A stretch of DNA of 22,170 nt from Moniliella sp. 'wahieum' (taxonomy: Eukaryota). Where the stretch lies: assembly GCA_003971905.1 (NCBI GenBank), contig RSEE01000160.1:62001-84170 (forward strand). Reading direction: 5' to 3'. The notes beneath the pieces were generated by a model, which did no database searches, was not told the DNA's origin, and saw only the letters and a list, made by a program, of their open reading frames with translations. Positions 9,930-20,986 of this stretch are shown here, piece after piece (position 1 is the stretch's first letter; the number at the start of each line of letters is the position of its first letter). The translations under genes were made by a program, and so were the position numbers.

Positions 9930-10550
9930 TTAGGCGTGCTTGTTCTTGGTCGAGCGGAGACGACGAACGTAGTGCTCCAACTCGTCGCCCTCAAGAATGT
10001 ATCCGTCGGCGCGACCCGACTGGCCGGGGCGGGACGAGATGCAGGCGTACAGACGGCCAGCACCAAACTGTTGTTCCAGAATGGGCGAGATGGCGGCAGT
10101 CTGCTGGCGCTCAGCCAGCTTCTTCTGCACCTTCCGCGACTGCTTCACCGGCTCCGACTCGTCCTTGGCAAACGACTTCTTGGTCGTGACCGGCACGCCG
10201 TAGTGCTTCTCGTACGCCTGGCGGAAAGGGGTCGCATCGACCTGGATGATGGCGTTCTTGACGAGCGTGTTGGTACGGACCAACTCGTTGTTCGACGCAT
10301 TGAAGACGACACCGAGAATGCGGGTCTTGGAGGTAATGTGCTCCGAGCCCCAGGCAAAGTTGCCCGACTCAAGCCTGAGCGCACGCTGCTTGATGTTGCC
10401 GCCACGCACACGGACAGGGTGGATGCGCTTGGGGCCGATACGCGTGTTGGCCGACTGGCGACCGAGCTGGTGCGCACGCTTCTTGGCCGGCACCACGCGG
10501 CGGGCACCAGTGTGCGAACGCTTGTACCAGGAAGCACGAGTAAGACCCAT
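9930..10550 (-). CDS. RPS8: 40S ribosomal protein eS8
   Basis: RIHPVRVRGGN, RALRLESGNFAW, NNELVRTNTLVK, SSRPGQSGRADGYILEG. The ATG at 10550 directly follows a CAG acceptor. Confidence 0.97.
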   Translation of the reverse strand: MGLTRASWYKRSHTGARRVVPAKKRAHQLGRQSANTRIGPKRIHPVRVRGGNIKQRALRLESGNFAWGSEHITSKTRILGVVFNASNNELVRTNTLVKNAIIQVDATPFRQAYEKHYGVPVTTKKSFAKDESEPVKQSRKVQKKLAERQQTAAISPILEQQFGAGRLYACISSRPGQSGRADGYILEGDELEHYVRRLRSTKNKHA

Positions 10551-10753
10551 CTGCACCGCCCACCGTCACAGCCAAACGCCCAAGCAACCGTCAGCGTCCG
10601 TTCCAAGCAATCTCGCGCCGGAAGTTCGCCTCGCTGCGCCGACGCCCACCGCCCTCCTCGGCTGCCCGCACGGGATGTGCACAGGCAAGAAAGGGCAGTG
10701 CCAGCGGCAGCGGCGGCGCCCAAGGCCGGGAGCAAGGCGCAACGCAAACTTAC
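10551..10753 (-). other. 5'UTR intron of RPS8
   Basis: Minus-strand donor AAG|GTAAGT at 10753, branch GCTGAC near 10590, acceptor TGCAG immediately before the ATG. Confidence 0.85.
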
Positions 10754-10839
10754 CTTGAAGAAACTGGCTGAACGGGAGGTGGTTTCGAGCCAGGCGACTC
10801 GTCTCCATCGCCAGACGACCAGGCAAGAGAAGCACAATG

Positions 10840-11007
10840 CAACCCTATTCTTTTTCTAGGGTTGGCATCGCTGCGGCATATTGGAGTACACTGCCCAGAT
10901 GCCGGTTGTGATCGGCGCAGGCCTGCTTACTTCCGCCGTGGCAAGGGCACGTGACACGCCCTTGCACCGAAGCGAGGCCCATTTGTGGGGCGCTTGTGGC
11001 ACGTGAC
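10840..11007. promoter_or_regulatory. RPS8 promoter: inverted AACCCTA pair plus two CACGTGAC sites
   Basis: CAACCCTA (10840-10847) and TAGGGTTG (10857-10864); CACGTGAC at 10948-10955 and 11000-11007. Confidence 0.6.
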
Positions 11008-11379
11008 GATCCCGCGTGACGCGTGACGGGTTCTCCTCGCCTGTACAACTTAACCGTGGCTCATGGAGTTGCCCCCCCACTCCAATATTTCTGCCGCGTG
11101 CGTCTCGCTCGTTCCCGGTCCGTCTGCTTGCACTATGTCCATTGATTTTACTTACTTCGTCGCCTCCTGCGATTACTGCATTTCCGACTGGTGTCGACTC
11201 TAGGTCCTCCGCAGATGGCCTCTTCCCACTTGCTACGTATACGGCCACGCACTATCGCAGTTGAACTCTCCAGTTGGGATGTAGGAAGGTGGATTTCATG
11301 AGGAAACAACAATTCCGGCGACAGCACTCCTTGCTTCCTTGCTCATGCGCTCATGAGAGAGAGATGCCTCCTGGTTCGA

Positions 11380-13195
11380 TTAGGTGCGCAACAGGGCACT
11401 ATAGCACTCCTCGTCGTATGCCTTCCCCGCATGCTCAAAGAACCGTTCGCCCTCAAACACCGAATCACACCCAGCGCACTTGAAGCATTCGGCATGCCAC
11501 GTCTTGCCCAGCGCCATCAACTGTGGTCCGACAATGGGTCGACGGCACCCTCGGCACTTGGGTCGATGGAGGGCAATGTGGCATCGTTCGCAGTAGGGAT
11601 AGCCCTTGACGGTAAAGAAAGGTTTGGATCCGACCACCGGTTCGTCCTCTCGGTCTTCCAACTCGCCCTGCCCTGGCGCCGAGGCTGACTTGCTCGGGTC
11701 CACAAACGGATCGCCGCAGTTGGCACAGAAAAAGTGCAGGTCATGGTAGTAACGCAGCTGGGCACCGGCCAAGTTGGGATCGTCAATGGCAATGTAGCGC
11801 GCATCGACAATGGGGTTTGGCAGTGAAAGCAACGTTGGCTAAACAATTCGTGGTAGTCCACATGACAATACGCCGCGCCCGCATGAACGTAAAACGATAC
11901 GTGTTCCAGCCGGGTATGGCAATGCTCGCAGCGGAAACATTTCGGATGCCACAACCGACCCACCGCACGAATCACTTTGCCCCCCGTTAGGATCTTGTCG
12001 CAGCCCCCACAAAACCCACCCCGAGCGGCATCGTGCTCGCTACCGCGCACGCTGCGCCGGTACGACCGAGCCAGGCTCGGGATCAATACTGGCTTGCTGG
12101 TCATTCCCAGAGTGAGTGGGAGTGGAAGTGGAAGCGGAAGTGTGGGGGTGGCTGTGACTGTGGCCGTGGTCGTGGGAAGAGCAAGGGTGAGATGGGCCGC
12201 GCTGCCTCCCTCCGCCTCGTACTTCTTGTTCTTCTTGTTCCTCCTCATCGTCGTCCCCGAAGGAGATCCTGGGAATGGACGGGACATTTTCCTCCTCCTC
12301 CTCCTCCTCCTCCTCCTCGTCACCAAACGAGATAGTAGGCACAACAGGGCGAGGGACGTCCGTATCCTCCTCCTCAGGTGCATCGAACGAAAACGAAGGC
12401 ACGACCGGTGCGCGTCCCGTGGGTTCATTTTCGTCGGAAACCCACCGAGATGGTATGGACGACTATCGAACTGGGTTCCTCCTCTTCCTCGTCCTTTTCC
12501 TCTTCCCTTCCTCGTCGGGACCCGCAAAGGAGAAGGTTGGTACGGCCATGGGCGCCCTGCTCACCGCATCCGTCTTGGTCTGGGCCACATCGTCCGACGC
12601 AACGTCGTCAGGAGGGGACGCAGGTACCGCCCTAGTATCTTCCTGTGCACTGCTGGTGACGATGGGCGAAGAAAAAGTAGGAGTGGCCGAGTTCGGGGGC
12701 GGGGAAAAGGGATCGGGGCCAGTAGCTGGGACAGGAAGGGAAGGGAGCGGTCGACGTCCGCTGTCGGTCCGACGGTGCCGCGGACCCATCTGCCGCGCAA
12801 GAGGAGAAAGTGGCGAGTCGTGGGTAGGAGGGGTGGGTAGATCGTGCGCTGTTGGGCGTGTGGATGGAGGCGGCAGGGGCGGGGTGGGTGATGTGGCGGG
12901 GAGGGGGTGGCGCGAGGCCAGGCGAGACGCAAAGACCGAGCGAGAAGTGGGCCAGGAAGGCATGTTGGGCAGCGGAGGAGAGGCAACCGAGGGAGGCGAG
13001 GGTGGCATGGTGGGCGAGGCGACAGGGGGAACAGGGGGCGTAGCGAGCGGGGGCTGGGGCAAGCGTGCGGCGCGCAGGCCGGGGACGAGGCCCGACACTC
13101 TTGAGCGCCGGGAGGTGGAGTGGATCGTCCATCGCGCTGCGTGCAGTCGTCGTCTGTGGCGGATTGGATGTCTCGCGGAGAGGCGTGGGCGTCAT
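11380..13195 (-). CDS. LIM-domain (paxillin-like) protein with Pro-rich and acidic N-terminus and three C-terminal LIM domains; several frameshifts
   Basis: CGGC..WHPKCFRCEHC..YCHVD, CFHC..YHDLHFFCANC..YCERCH, CRGC..WHAECFKCAGC..YDEEC. N-terminus reconstructed by comparing the two duplicated copies; the start at 13195 (MTPTPLRETS) is tentative. Confidence 0.85.
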
Positions 13196-13943
13196 GGACA
13201 GTGGTGGAGATGGTGTGGGGTGGTGGGGGTAGGAGGCGGAGGAGGATGGGCCGAAACGGACCCCGGCAACTGCCCGACGATGGATTGCCACTCAACACGG
13301 GTTACGGGACCGGTGATCGGCGATCGATGATCGATGATCGGCGGTGGTAGAGTGTCGATTGTGCCCCTTGCTTTGCACGCCTTCCGCTGCCAGCCATTCC
13401 GCCGGCGGGCGCAGTGCACCAGGGTGCACCGCGGGTGGCAGTGTGCCCAGGTGCCATGCATCCACCATCGTATATCACTGTGGCACACACGCGCACTTGC
13501 GCCCTGGCCATCTCGTCCACCTGACCAACGCTGTGCAAAGGCCAGACGCATCCTGCGTGTTGGGGTTAATGCACACCTGCTTCTCTCCCCGACACGTTGT
13601 AACGATTGTGCTCTGTTGAGAAGCGAGACGCATCGAATGCGAGATGATCAAGACGCCAGGACTGGACTGCAATCACGCGACAAGAGAGGTGATCAGGAAA
13701 GCTGAGCCGCGGTACCAAGTGCTTCCGTGGAGGCGGAGGGCGTATATAGTTTTTGCAATTGTACGACAATCAATACGCCCACTGCACAGCTGCCAGACCT
13801 ATCAATCAGAGTTCGTTCATACCTATCGACGGGACCCGCCTGAATCCAACCATCAGGCATCAGTGGGAGTGGGAAGCCAAGGTGGTCAAAGGCAGTATAT
13901 GTAACTAGATAGGGACCCTTTGGATGAGAGCGTTATGACCTTG
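12260..13943. repeat. Tandem duplication copy 1 (~1.68 kb)
   Basis: Runs AAGGAGATCCTGGGAATGG ... GAGCGTTATGACCTTG and is immediately repeated. Confidence 0.95.
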
Positions 13944-15606
13944 AAGGAGATCCTGGGAATGGACGGGACATTTTCCTCCTCCCCCTCCTCCTCCTCCTCT
14001 CCTCGTCACCACGAGATAGTAGGCACAACAGGGCGAGGACGTCCGTATCCTCCTCCTCAGGTGCATCGAACGAAAACGAAGGCAACGGTGCGCGTCCCGT
14101 GGGTTCATTTTCGTCGGAACCACCGAGATGGTATGGACGACTATCGAACTGGGTTCCCTCTCCTCTTCCTCGTCGCTTTTCCTCTTCCCCTTCCTCGTCG
14201 GGACCCGCCAAAGGAGAAGGTTGGTACGGCCATGGGCGCCCTGCTCACCGCATCCGTCTTGGTCTGGGCCACATCGTCCGACGCAACGTCGTCAGGAGGG
14301 GACGCAGGTACCGCCCTAGTATCTTCCTGTGCACTGCTGGTGACGATGGGCGAAGAAAAAGTAGGAGTGCCGAGTTCGGGGGCGGGGAAAAGGGATCGGG
14401 GCCAGTAGCTGGGACAGGAAGGGAAGGGAGCGGTCGACGTCCGCTGTCGGTCCGACGGTGCGCGGACCCATCTGCCGCGCAAGAGGAGAAAGTGGCGAGT
14501 CGTGGGTAGGAGGGTGGGTAGATCGTGCGCTGTTGGGCGTGTGGATGGAGGCGGCAGGGGGGGTGGGTGATGTGGCGGGGAGGGGTGGCGCGAGGCAGGC
14601 GAGACGCAAAGACCGAGCGAGAAGTGGGCCAGGAAGCATGTTGGGCAGCGGGAGAGGCAACCGAGGGAGCGAGGGTGGCATGGTGGGCGAGGCGACAGGG
14701 GGAACAGGGGGCGTAGCGAGCGGGGCTGGGGCAGCGTGCGGCGCGCAGGCCGGGGACGAGGCCCGACACTCTTGAGCGCCGGGAGGTGGAGTGGATCGTC
14801 CTCGCGCTGCGTGCAGTCGTCGTCTGTGGCGGATTGGATGTCTCGCGGAGAGGCGTGGGCGTCATGGACAGTGGTGGATGGTGTGGGGTGGGGTAGGAGG
14901 CGGAGGAGGATGGGCCGAACGGACCCCGGCAACTGCCCGACGGGATGGATTGCCACTCAACACGGGTTACGGGACCGGTGATCGGCGATCGATGACGATG
15001 ATCGGCGGTGGTAGAGTGTCGATTGTGCCCTTGCTTTGCACCGCCTTCCGCTGCCAGCCATTCCCCCGGCGGGCGCAGTGCACCAGGGTGCACCTGCGGG
15101 TGGCAGTGTGCCCAGGTGCCATGCATCCACCATCGTATATCACTGTGGTCACACACCGCACTTGCGCCCTGGCCATCTCGTCCACCTGACCAACGCTGTG
15201 CAAAGGCCAGACGCATCCTGCGTGTTGGGGTTAATGCACACCTGCTTCTCTCCCTCCGACACGTTGTAACGATTGTGCTCTGTTGAGCGAGACGCATCGA
15301 ATGCGAGATGATCAAGACGCCAGGACTGGACTGCAATCACGCGACAAGAGAGGTGATCAGGAAAGCTGAGCCGCGGTACCAAGTGCTTCCGTGGAGGCGG
15401 AGGCGTATATAGTTTTTGCAATTGTACGACACAATACGCCCACTGCACAGCTGCCAGACCTATCAATCAGAGTTCGTTCATACCTATCGACGGGACCCGC
15501 TGAATCCACAACCATCATGGCATCAGTGGGAGTGGGAAGCCAAGGTGGTCAAAGGCAGTATATGTAACTAGATAGGGACCCTTTGGATGAGAGCGTTATG
15601 ACCTTG
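13944..15606. repeat. Tandem duplication copy 2 (~1.66 kb): upstream region and 5' half of the LIM gene, probably an assembly artefact
   Basis: Colinear with 12260-13943; differences are overwhelmingly small indels, often in homopolymers. Confidence 0.93.
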
Positions 15607-15995
15607 CCGCGATTATCATCATGCAACGGAACAAGAGCAAGATAAAGCAAAGTCATTCATTCATCATCGTAACAGTCGTCAAAAAGCTCGTCCCATGTGG
15701 GAACGAAAAGAGCGCCGTGTGCACATCCTGGCTTGGACCGTAGGGGCAATGCGAGGGGAGACATCAGGAGGCATGCCACCTCCAGGTACAAGTAGTAGTA
15801 GGGTAAGATATCCCGGAGAGCCAAACGTGAGAGGAGAGGGGGGTCACGAAAGCACGTCTCTGAGACAGCGTACAGCAGAATGTCGAGAATGGGGGGGGGA
15901 TATAGAGAAGTATAGACGGTATATAATGGTGTTAGTGCTCGGTGAGGGACCAACAGGAGAGAGCTAGTAGGGAGAGACGAAAGGCAGGACACCCG

Positions 15996-18496
15996 TTAGA
16001 AGAAGCTCCAGACTTTCTTTACGACGGTTGGTGCCGTGCCTCCTCTCGCGCTCTTGTCGGAGAACGTCAAGAGGGAGACGTCGGCCGGTGTAATGTCAAT
16101 GTCTTCGATCCGGCGGAACTTGGAGTCGGCCCACACCTTGGTCGGCCATGCCCACACGGGCACGGGGCCAACATACGTCACGTTCCAAGCGGTGCGGAAC
16201 ACGCTGTCCCAGTCCAGCAAACCAACAAAGAAGAAGAGCATGACGACCGGGATAGCGAGGCAATCTTGGAAAAACACAATCGCACGGTCCGAAGGAGTGG
16301 CGGTCGAGTCCGACGCGATCGGCCAGGCGCCAATGATGATCTCAAAAATGACCTGGAGCAGGAAGAGCAACGACCCGAAGAGGAAAGATAGAGATGAGGG
16401 AGTCAGCACGACTGTCGTCACTTTTCCTAGACTCGCATATTATACAGGGAGCGATTGTTGGGCCGAAGCACAATCACTGAACAATTATCAACGTACCACC
16501 AAAGTACAGAAGGATGTGCCCCAAATGGATCCAAACATGCCGGTAGGTGCCTTCCATGGAAGTTCCTCTAACGTGTGTCCATGATACGCCCACGCTTGAC
16601 GGAAACGGAAATGGCAAAACGTGACGGATCCCCCTGTGGAACGAGACAGAGACGCAAAAAAACGCCAGTTAGCTGCAACTCTGGCCTGCACAATGACCGT
16701 GCGCAAACACTCAAGAAGCAAGGAAGAGGAGGAAGGAACTAACAAGAAAAGATGGTCGACAGTCCACTGAGAGCCAGCAGCCACGTAAACACATCACTTT
16801 GCGATGCCGAGTAAATCAAGAACGAGAGGAAGCCCATGGCCAAACTGAGGATGACCGCTGGCAACGGACGACCTTTACGGTCAATGTACTTGAACAGCGG
16901 TGGCGCCTGGCCCATCTGAGCCAGCGCCGTCAATGTACGCGACCCTCCGTACACAGCCGAATTGCCCACCGACAAGACCGAAACCAAAATCACCGCGTTG
17001 AACACCGACGGCAACGCATGAATCTTACCAATCTGGATCGCAATCACAAAGGGGCTAGCGCGCGCATCGTACGACGAAGTGCCCGTCAACCGTGGGTTGT
17101 CAGGATCGACAATGAGCGTGACGACCAACAGCGAGGCCACGTAAAACAGCATGATACGGAAGAAGACTTGTTTGGCCGCTTTGGGCATGTCCTTCCGTGG
17201 GTTCTGCGACTCGGCAGCGGCAAGACCGATCAGTTCGGTCCCTGTATGTGCCAGATGGGTTTCTAGTTAGTGTTGCATACGTGCCAAGGATTCGAGGAGG
17301 GTGAGGTAGTGGGCGGGGGGCTGGATGCACATACCGGCAAAGGCAAACGCGGCCGACGTAAATACTGAGCAGAACCCCTGGAAGCCATTTTTGAAGGCAG
17401 CCGAGGGTGGCGACCAGTATCGGTTGCCAATGTTTTCGTGCGACGGAGCTCCACCGGCCGAGATGACACTGCCACAAACTAATAACAAACAGACACAGAA
17501 AAAAGTTAGCCCATCCATCTCCGAACATCTTTAACCCACCCTAACGAAAAGAGATTCGTACTAATGAAGCCCAGCACGGCACTGTGGGAAGAAAGAAGAA
17601 AGAGTCAGTGTCCGAAGGCGATGAGTCAAGTAAGGCGTGTTACGCCCAAAAGCCAAGGGATGCAAGAGGAAAGAAGGGAGGAAGGAGACATACATGATCT
17701 TGATGATGGACGCAAAGCTCTCAAACTCGCCGTAGCCCCGAACACCAAAGAAATTGATGAACCCAATGACGACGATGAAAATCACGAGCCACACACCTGG
17801 GCTGATGTTCTCGTTGGGATCCCAAAAACGAATGACGATCGTGGCGGCGGTCAGTTCAAGAGGAAGGACAATGAACCATTGCATCCAGTAGTTCCACCCC
17901 ATAGCAAAGCCCCATGCAGGGGAGATGAACCGAGTGGAGTAAGCAGCAAAAGAGCCAGAGATGGGAAAGAGCGTTCCCATTTCGCCTAGGTCAAGCACCA
18001 GAGCAACATGCTAGCGATCAACAGGTAGTCTAGCATCAGGAACCCAGGTCCACCCGTCTGGTACACTCCGCCGGACCCGATGAACAGACCCGTACCGATA
18101 CTGCATGCCCAATCCGATAAAAAAGAGGGTTAGTACAGGGCTCTCGGGGCACACAACAGCAAAACACCCTCGAACGAGCGCGGTGGCAAAACAAGGGAAT
18201 AAAACAGAAAAGGAGACTACGCACCTGCCGCCAAAGGCAATCATCTGCATGTGGCGCTGATTGAGGTGGCGCTGCAGCTTGGGCGCTTCGGGAGCGCCGT
18301 CAGCATCGCCACGGGGCGGGGAGTCGACAGAGGCAATGCCTTGGACGGCATCGCCCTCCAGATCGTACTTGTGCAACGACGTCTTTTCGGCGTCGCTGCT
18401 GGGGCTGTCGTTGCCGCCATGGCCGGTGCCAGGCATACCAGGGGCAGTTTCCATGGGCTTGAAGCCATCGATGAAGCTGTGGAAGAGATGGGACAT
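15996..18496 (-). CDS. Amino acid permease (APC superfamily, YAT/Gap1-like), 7 exons (18496-18225, 18100-17694, 17581-17562, 17478-17335, 17241-16744, 16633-16497, 16352-15996)
   Basis: [97 protein letters not shown]. All six introns are GT-AG; one frameshift near 18000. Confidence 0.93.
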
Positions 18497-18598
18497 GGTG
18501 GCGACGAGGGGTGGTGGTGGCAAGCGCTCGTGTTACCCAAAACAGCAACCAATAACGTTGACCAAGTCCCAAGTAGTGCTAGGGGGCCAATGCACAAG

Positions 18599-18654
18599 AT
18601 ATATATATGCAGCGTGATGCCCCCGCTGTGGGATGGGTGTGTGTGGCGTGACTC
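18599..18654 (-). promoter_or_regulatory. TATA-like element and TGACTC upstream of the permease
   Basis: ATATATATAT at 18599-18608, about 105 nt upstream of the ATG; TGACTC at 18649-18654. Confidence 0.35.
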
Positions 18655-20986
18655 GTGGGTGGGAGACGGGTGGAGAGTAGGAGCTAGTAGGGGCTGTAGA
18701 GAGCGAGTATAATAGCCGCGGCTGATGGCAGTGGCGAGTGACGAGTGACTGACGAAGGGGTGCCTGCCCCAGGGACTGCGCAGGGGGCGGGTGTGCTCCG
18801 CAGCGCATGCGGGGGGGGCAAGCGAGGAAATGCCAGCTGAGGCGCGGGGCGATTGATGATACGGATGGGGGTTGCTAGCTTTGCTGTATATCTGCCTACT
18901 CTGCGCGACTTGGCAACTAATCAACGATCATATATACATAGATCAACACTCGCGTGCCGCCCAACCCACCTCCTCACCGCCACGCGCCGCCCTGGCCCAG
19001 TGTAAGCGCTGTGCATGTGATGCTGCATGCGCCCGGGAGATAGTCGATGGTCGATAGCCCCGGCAGTGCCCCCGCGCCAAGCCGGGCGCTGCCCCCCCGC
19101 TGCGCCACACACTCACCCACTGCCGCGGTGCGAGCGCTGGGCAGCGGTGCACACGATGCACCCTGTGCACCCTGGTCCAGGCACACGCCCCCGTAGGCAC
19201 AGCGCCCGTGTGCCCGTGCTCGCCTGTGCCTTCTCCATGGCTCAGGCACCAGCACTGCGTCAGCCTTCCGCCCCCTCCCCTCCTCCCACGCTCCCCGGGT
19301 GGTTGACTCCATTGCGTAGCCGCCAAGAAGAGAGGGCCGGGCGACAGGCACTGGTCCCGGTTCCTAAAGCATCCCATCACAGGCTTCCTGCTGGCGGCGC
19401 TGAGGGCCAGCAAAGCGGGTGACATGTGCACCTCTCTGCCTCTCCCATCTCCCCCTTCCCTTCCATCCCCGCCTCCCTCGCCCTCGCCTTGACCACACTC
19501 CGCCCACACTTGGCCCATTTCGGCCGAGCTGAACGCTGAGGCACAGCGAAGAGGCTTATTGGCACATCGTCTCGGACGACCTGACTTCTTTGGTATCTTC
19601 GTCTCATCCCTCGCCACCATATATCCTCGTAATCAGTAATCGTCCCTCAGTGCCCGGTCGCGTCGCAGAACACTTTTTCCATCAGTCCATTCACCTCCCA
19701 TGGGCAACCGTACGTACGTAAAAAGGCAACCGCTTTGCTCTCCAACAAGGGGGGGCTGCCGCGCCCTGACGACGGTAAGACTGTTGAGATCATCCCCGAT
19801 ATCTTCTGTTGATGACGTTGATGGGACGGGTCCGACAATATGTGGTGTCAAATACGATGGTTAATACGGGACCGACGGACCGGAGCTCTCCCCTCCCTCA
19901 AATGTTCCGCATTCAGTGGCAATATCAGCGAATCTCGACGCCCTTCCATTTCCCTTGTGCTTTTGGTCCCCGTCCTACGGTCCGTGTTTCCCCCAGCAAC
20001 CACATGATAAAATGATCATTAGCATGTGTTCTTCTCCCCTCTCTGTTTCTGAATCGACACAGGATTCCCTCGCGTAGACGTCCTGTACGAGAATGTACTG
20101 GTCAGCCGCGGAGAAGGGCAAGGGAGAAGTGCAATCCGCGGTTCTAGTAGAATACTATGAAATGGTACTCATATGAATGTGGGTGAATATACCAACTTAG
20201 GAGATCTCTATTTTTGTGCCTCCGCCAAAAGAAGACATTGTACATTGCTGTGTGGTCAGTAATACATTGTGGATCCGAGCCAAACACCTCTCTATGGAAG
20301 GAGAGGTTGTCAGAATCACACCGTGCTAGGGGGCCCTTGCCCACTAGGCCCGTATGGGCACTATGGCGTGATTCCTATCAGTTGGGAGATCCTGTGTCCA
20401 CCTCTCGACTGTGCCCCCTTCCTGAGGAGGTCATATACCTCCTCTGCGTCCATAGATGTATGCAATCCATCTGCACCCTTTCCCCCATCTCCGTCTCCTG
20501 ACAGAGGTAATGATGGTGGCAGCATTCCAAAAGAGGAGCATGTCAGGGGCAGATCATAAAAAGGAGAGTCGAAAAGAATTAAACAGTTGGGACGTCGGAG
20601 GGATATGATTTGTCAGATCTGCTTAAGCGCAGACACTCTCTCCACCGTGTTTCTTCCCTCTTGTTCTCCGAATCTACTCAATGTGGCGATGGGAGGCAGA
20701 GAGACGTGGGCATTGCATAAAAAAGAGGGGAGGGGAAGCAACAGAAAAGAAAAGACAATGAAAGCATTTTTCACAAACCCAACGGCCCTGCCAAAAAGCA
20801 AAAGCCGCCGTTGAACCACAAAGTACCAAAGAGACCAAAGAGACCAGCTCCTGGTTCCATCCCACCAGATGAACGCAAGCAAAACGTGTTCCGTTCTTGT
20901 CTCGACAAAGGCAAGACCGGCCGGTCACATTCCTTCCTTGCTTTCCTCCCCTCCCCGCTTGCCAATGCTTCCTTGGGTTGGGTCGC

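Noticed and set aside
10754..10808. Upstream ATG (METSRLARN...) as an RPS8 coding exon
   Set aside because: 55 nt to the donor, so out of frame with the RPS8 ATG after splicing; probably upstream of the transcription start.
718..10859. Long antisense or alternate-frame ORFs (e.g. 718-1728, 1863-2846, 5287-6348, 9936-10859)
   Set aside because: Shadows of GC-rich, codon-biased genes on the opposite strand; no recognisable domains.
18600..20100. Short ORFs and G/C-run clusters in the long permease upstream region
   Set aside because: No protein-like composition or splice pattern; best read as an extended promoter.
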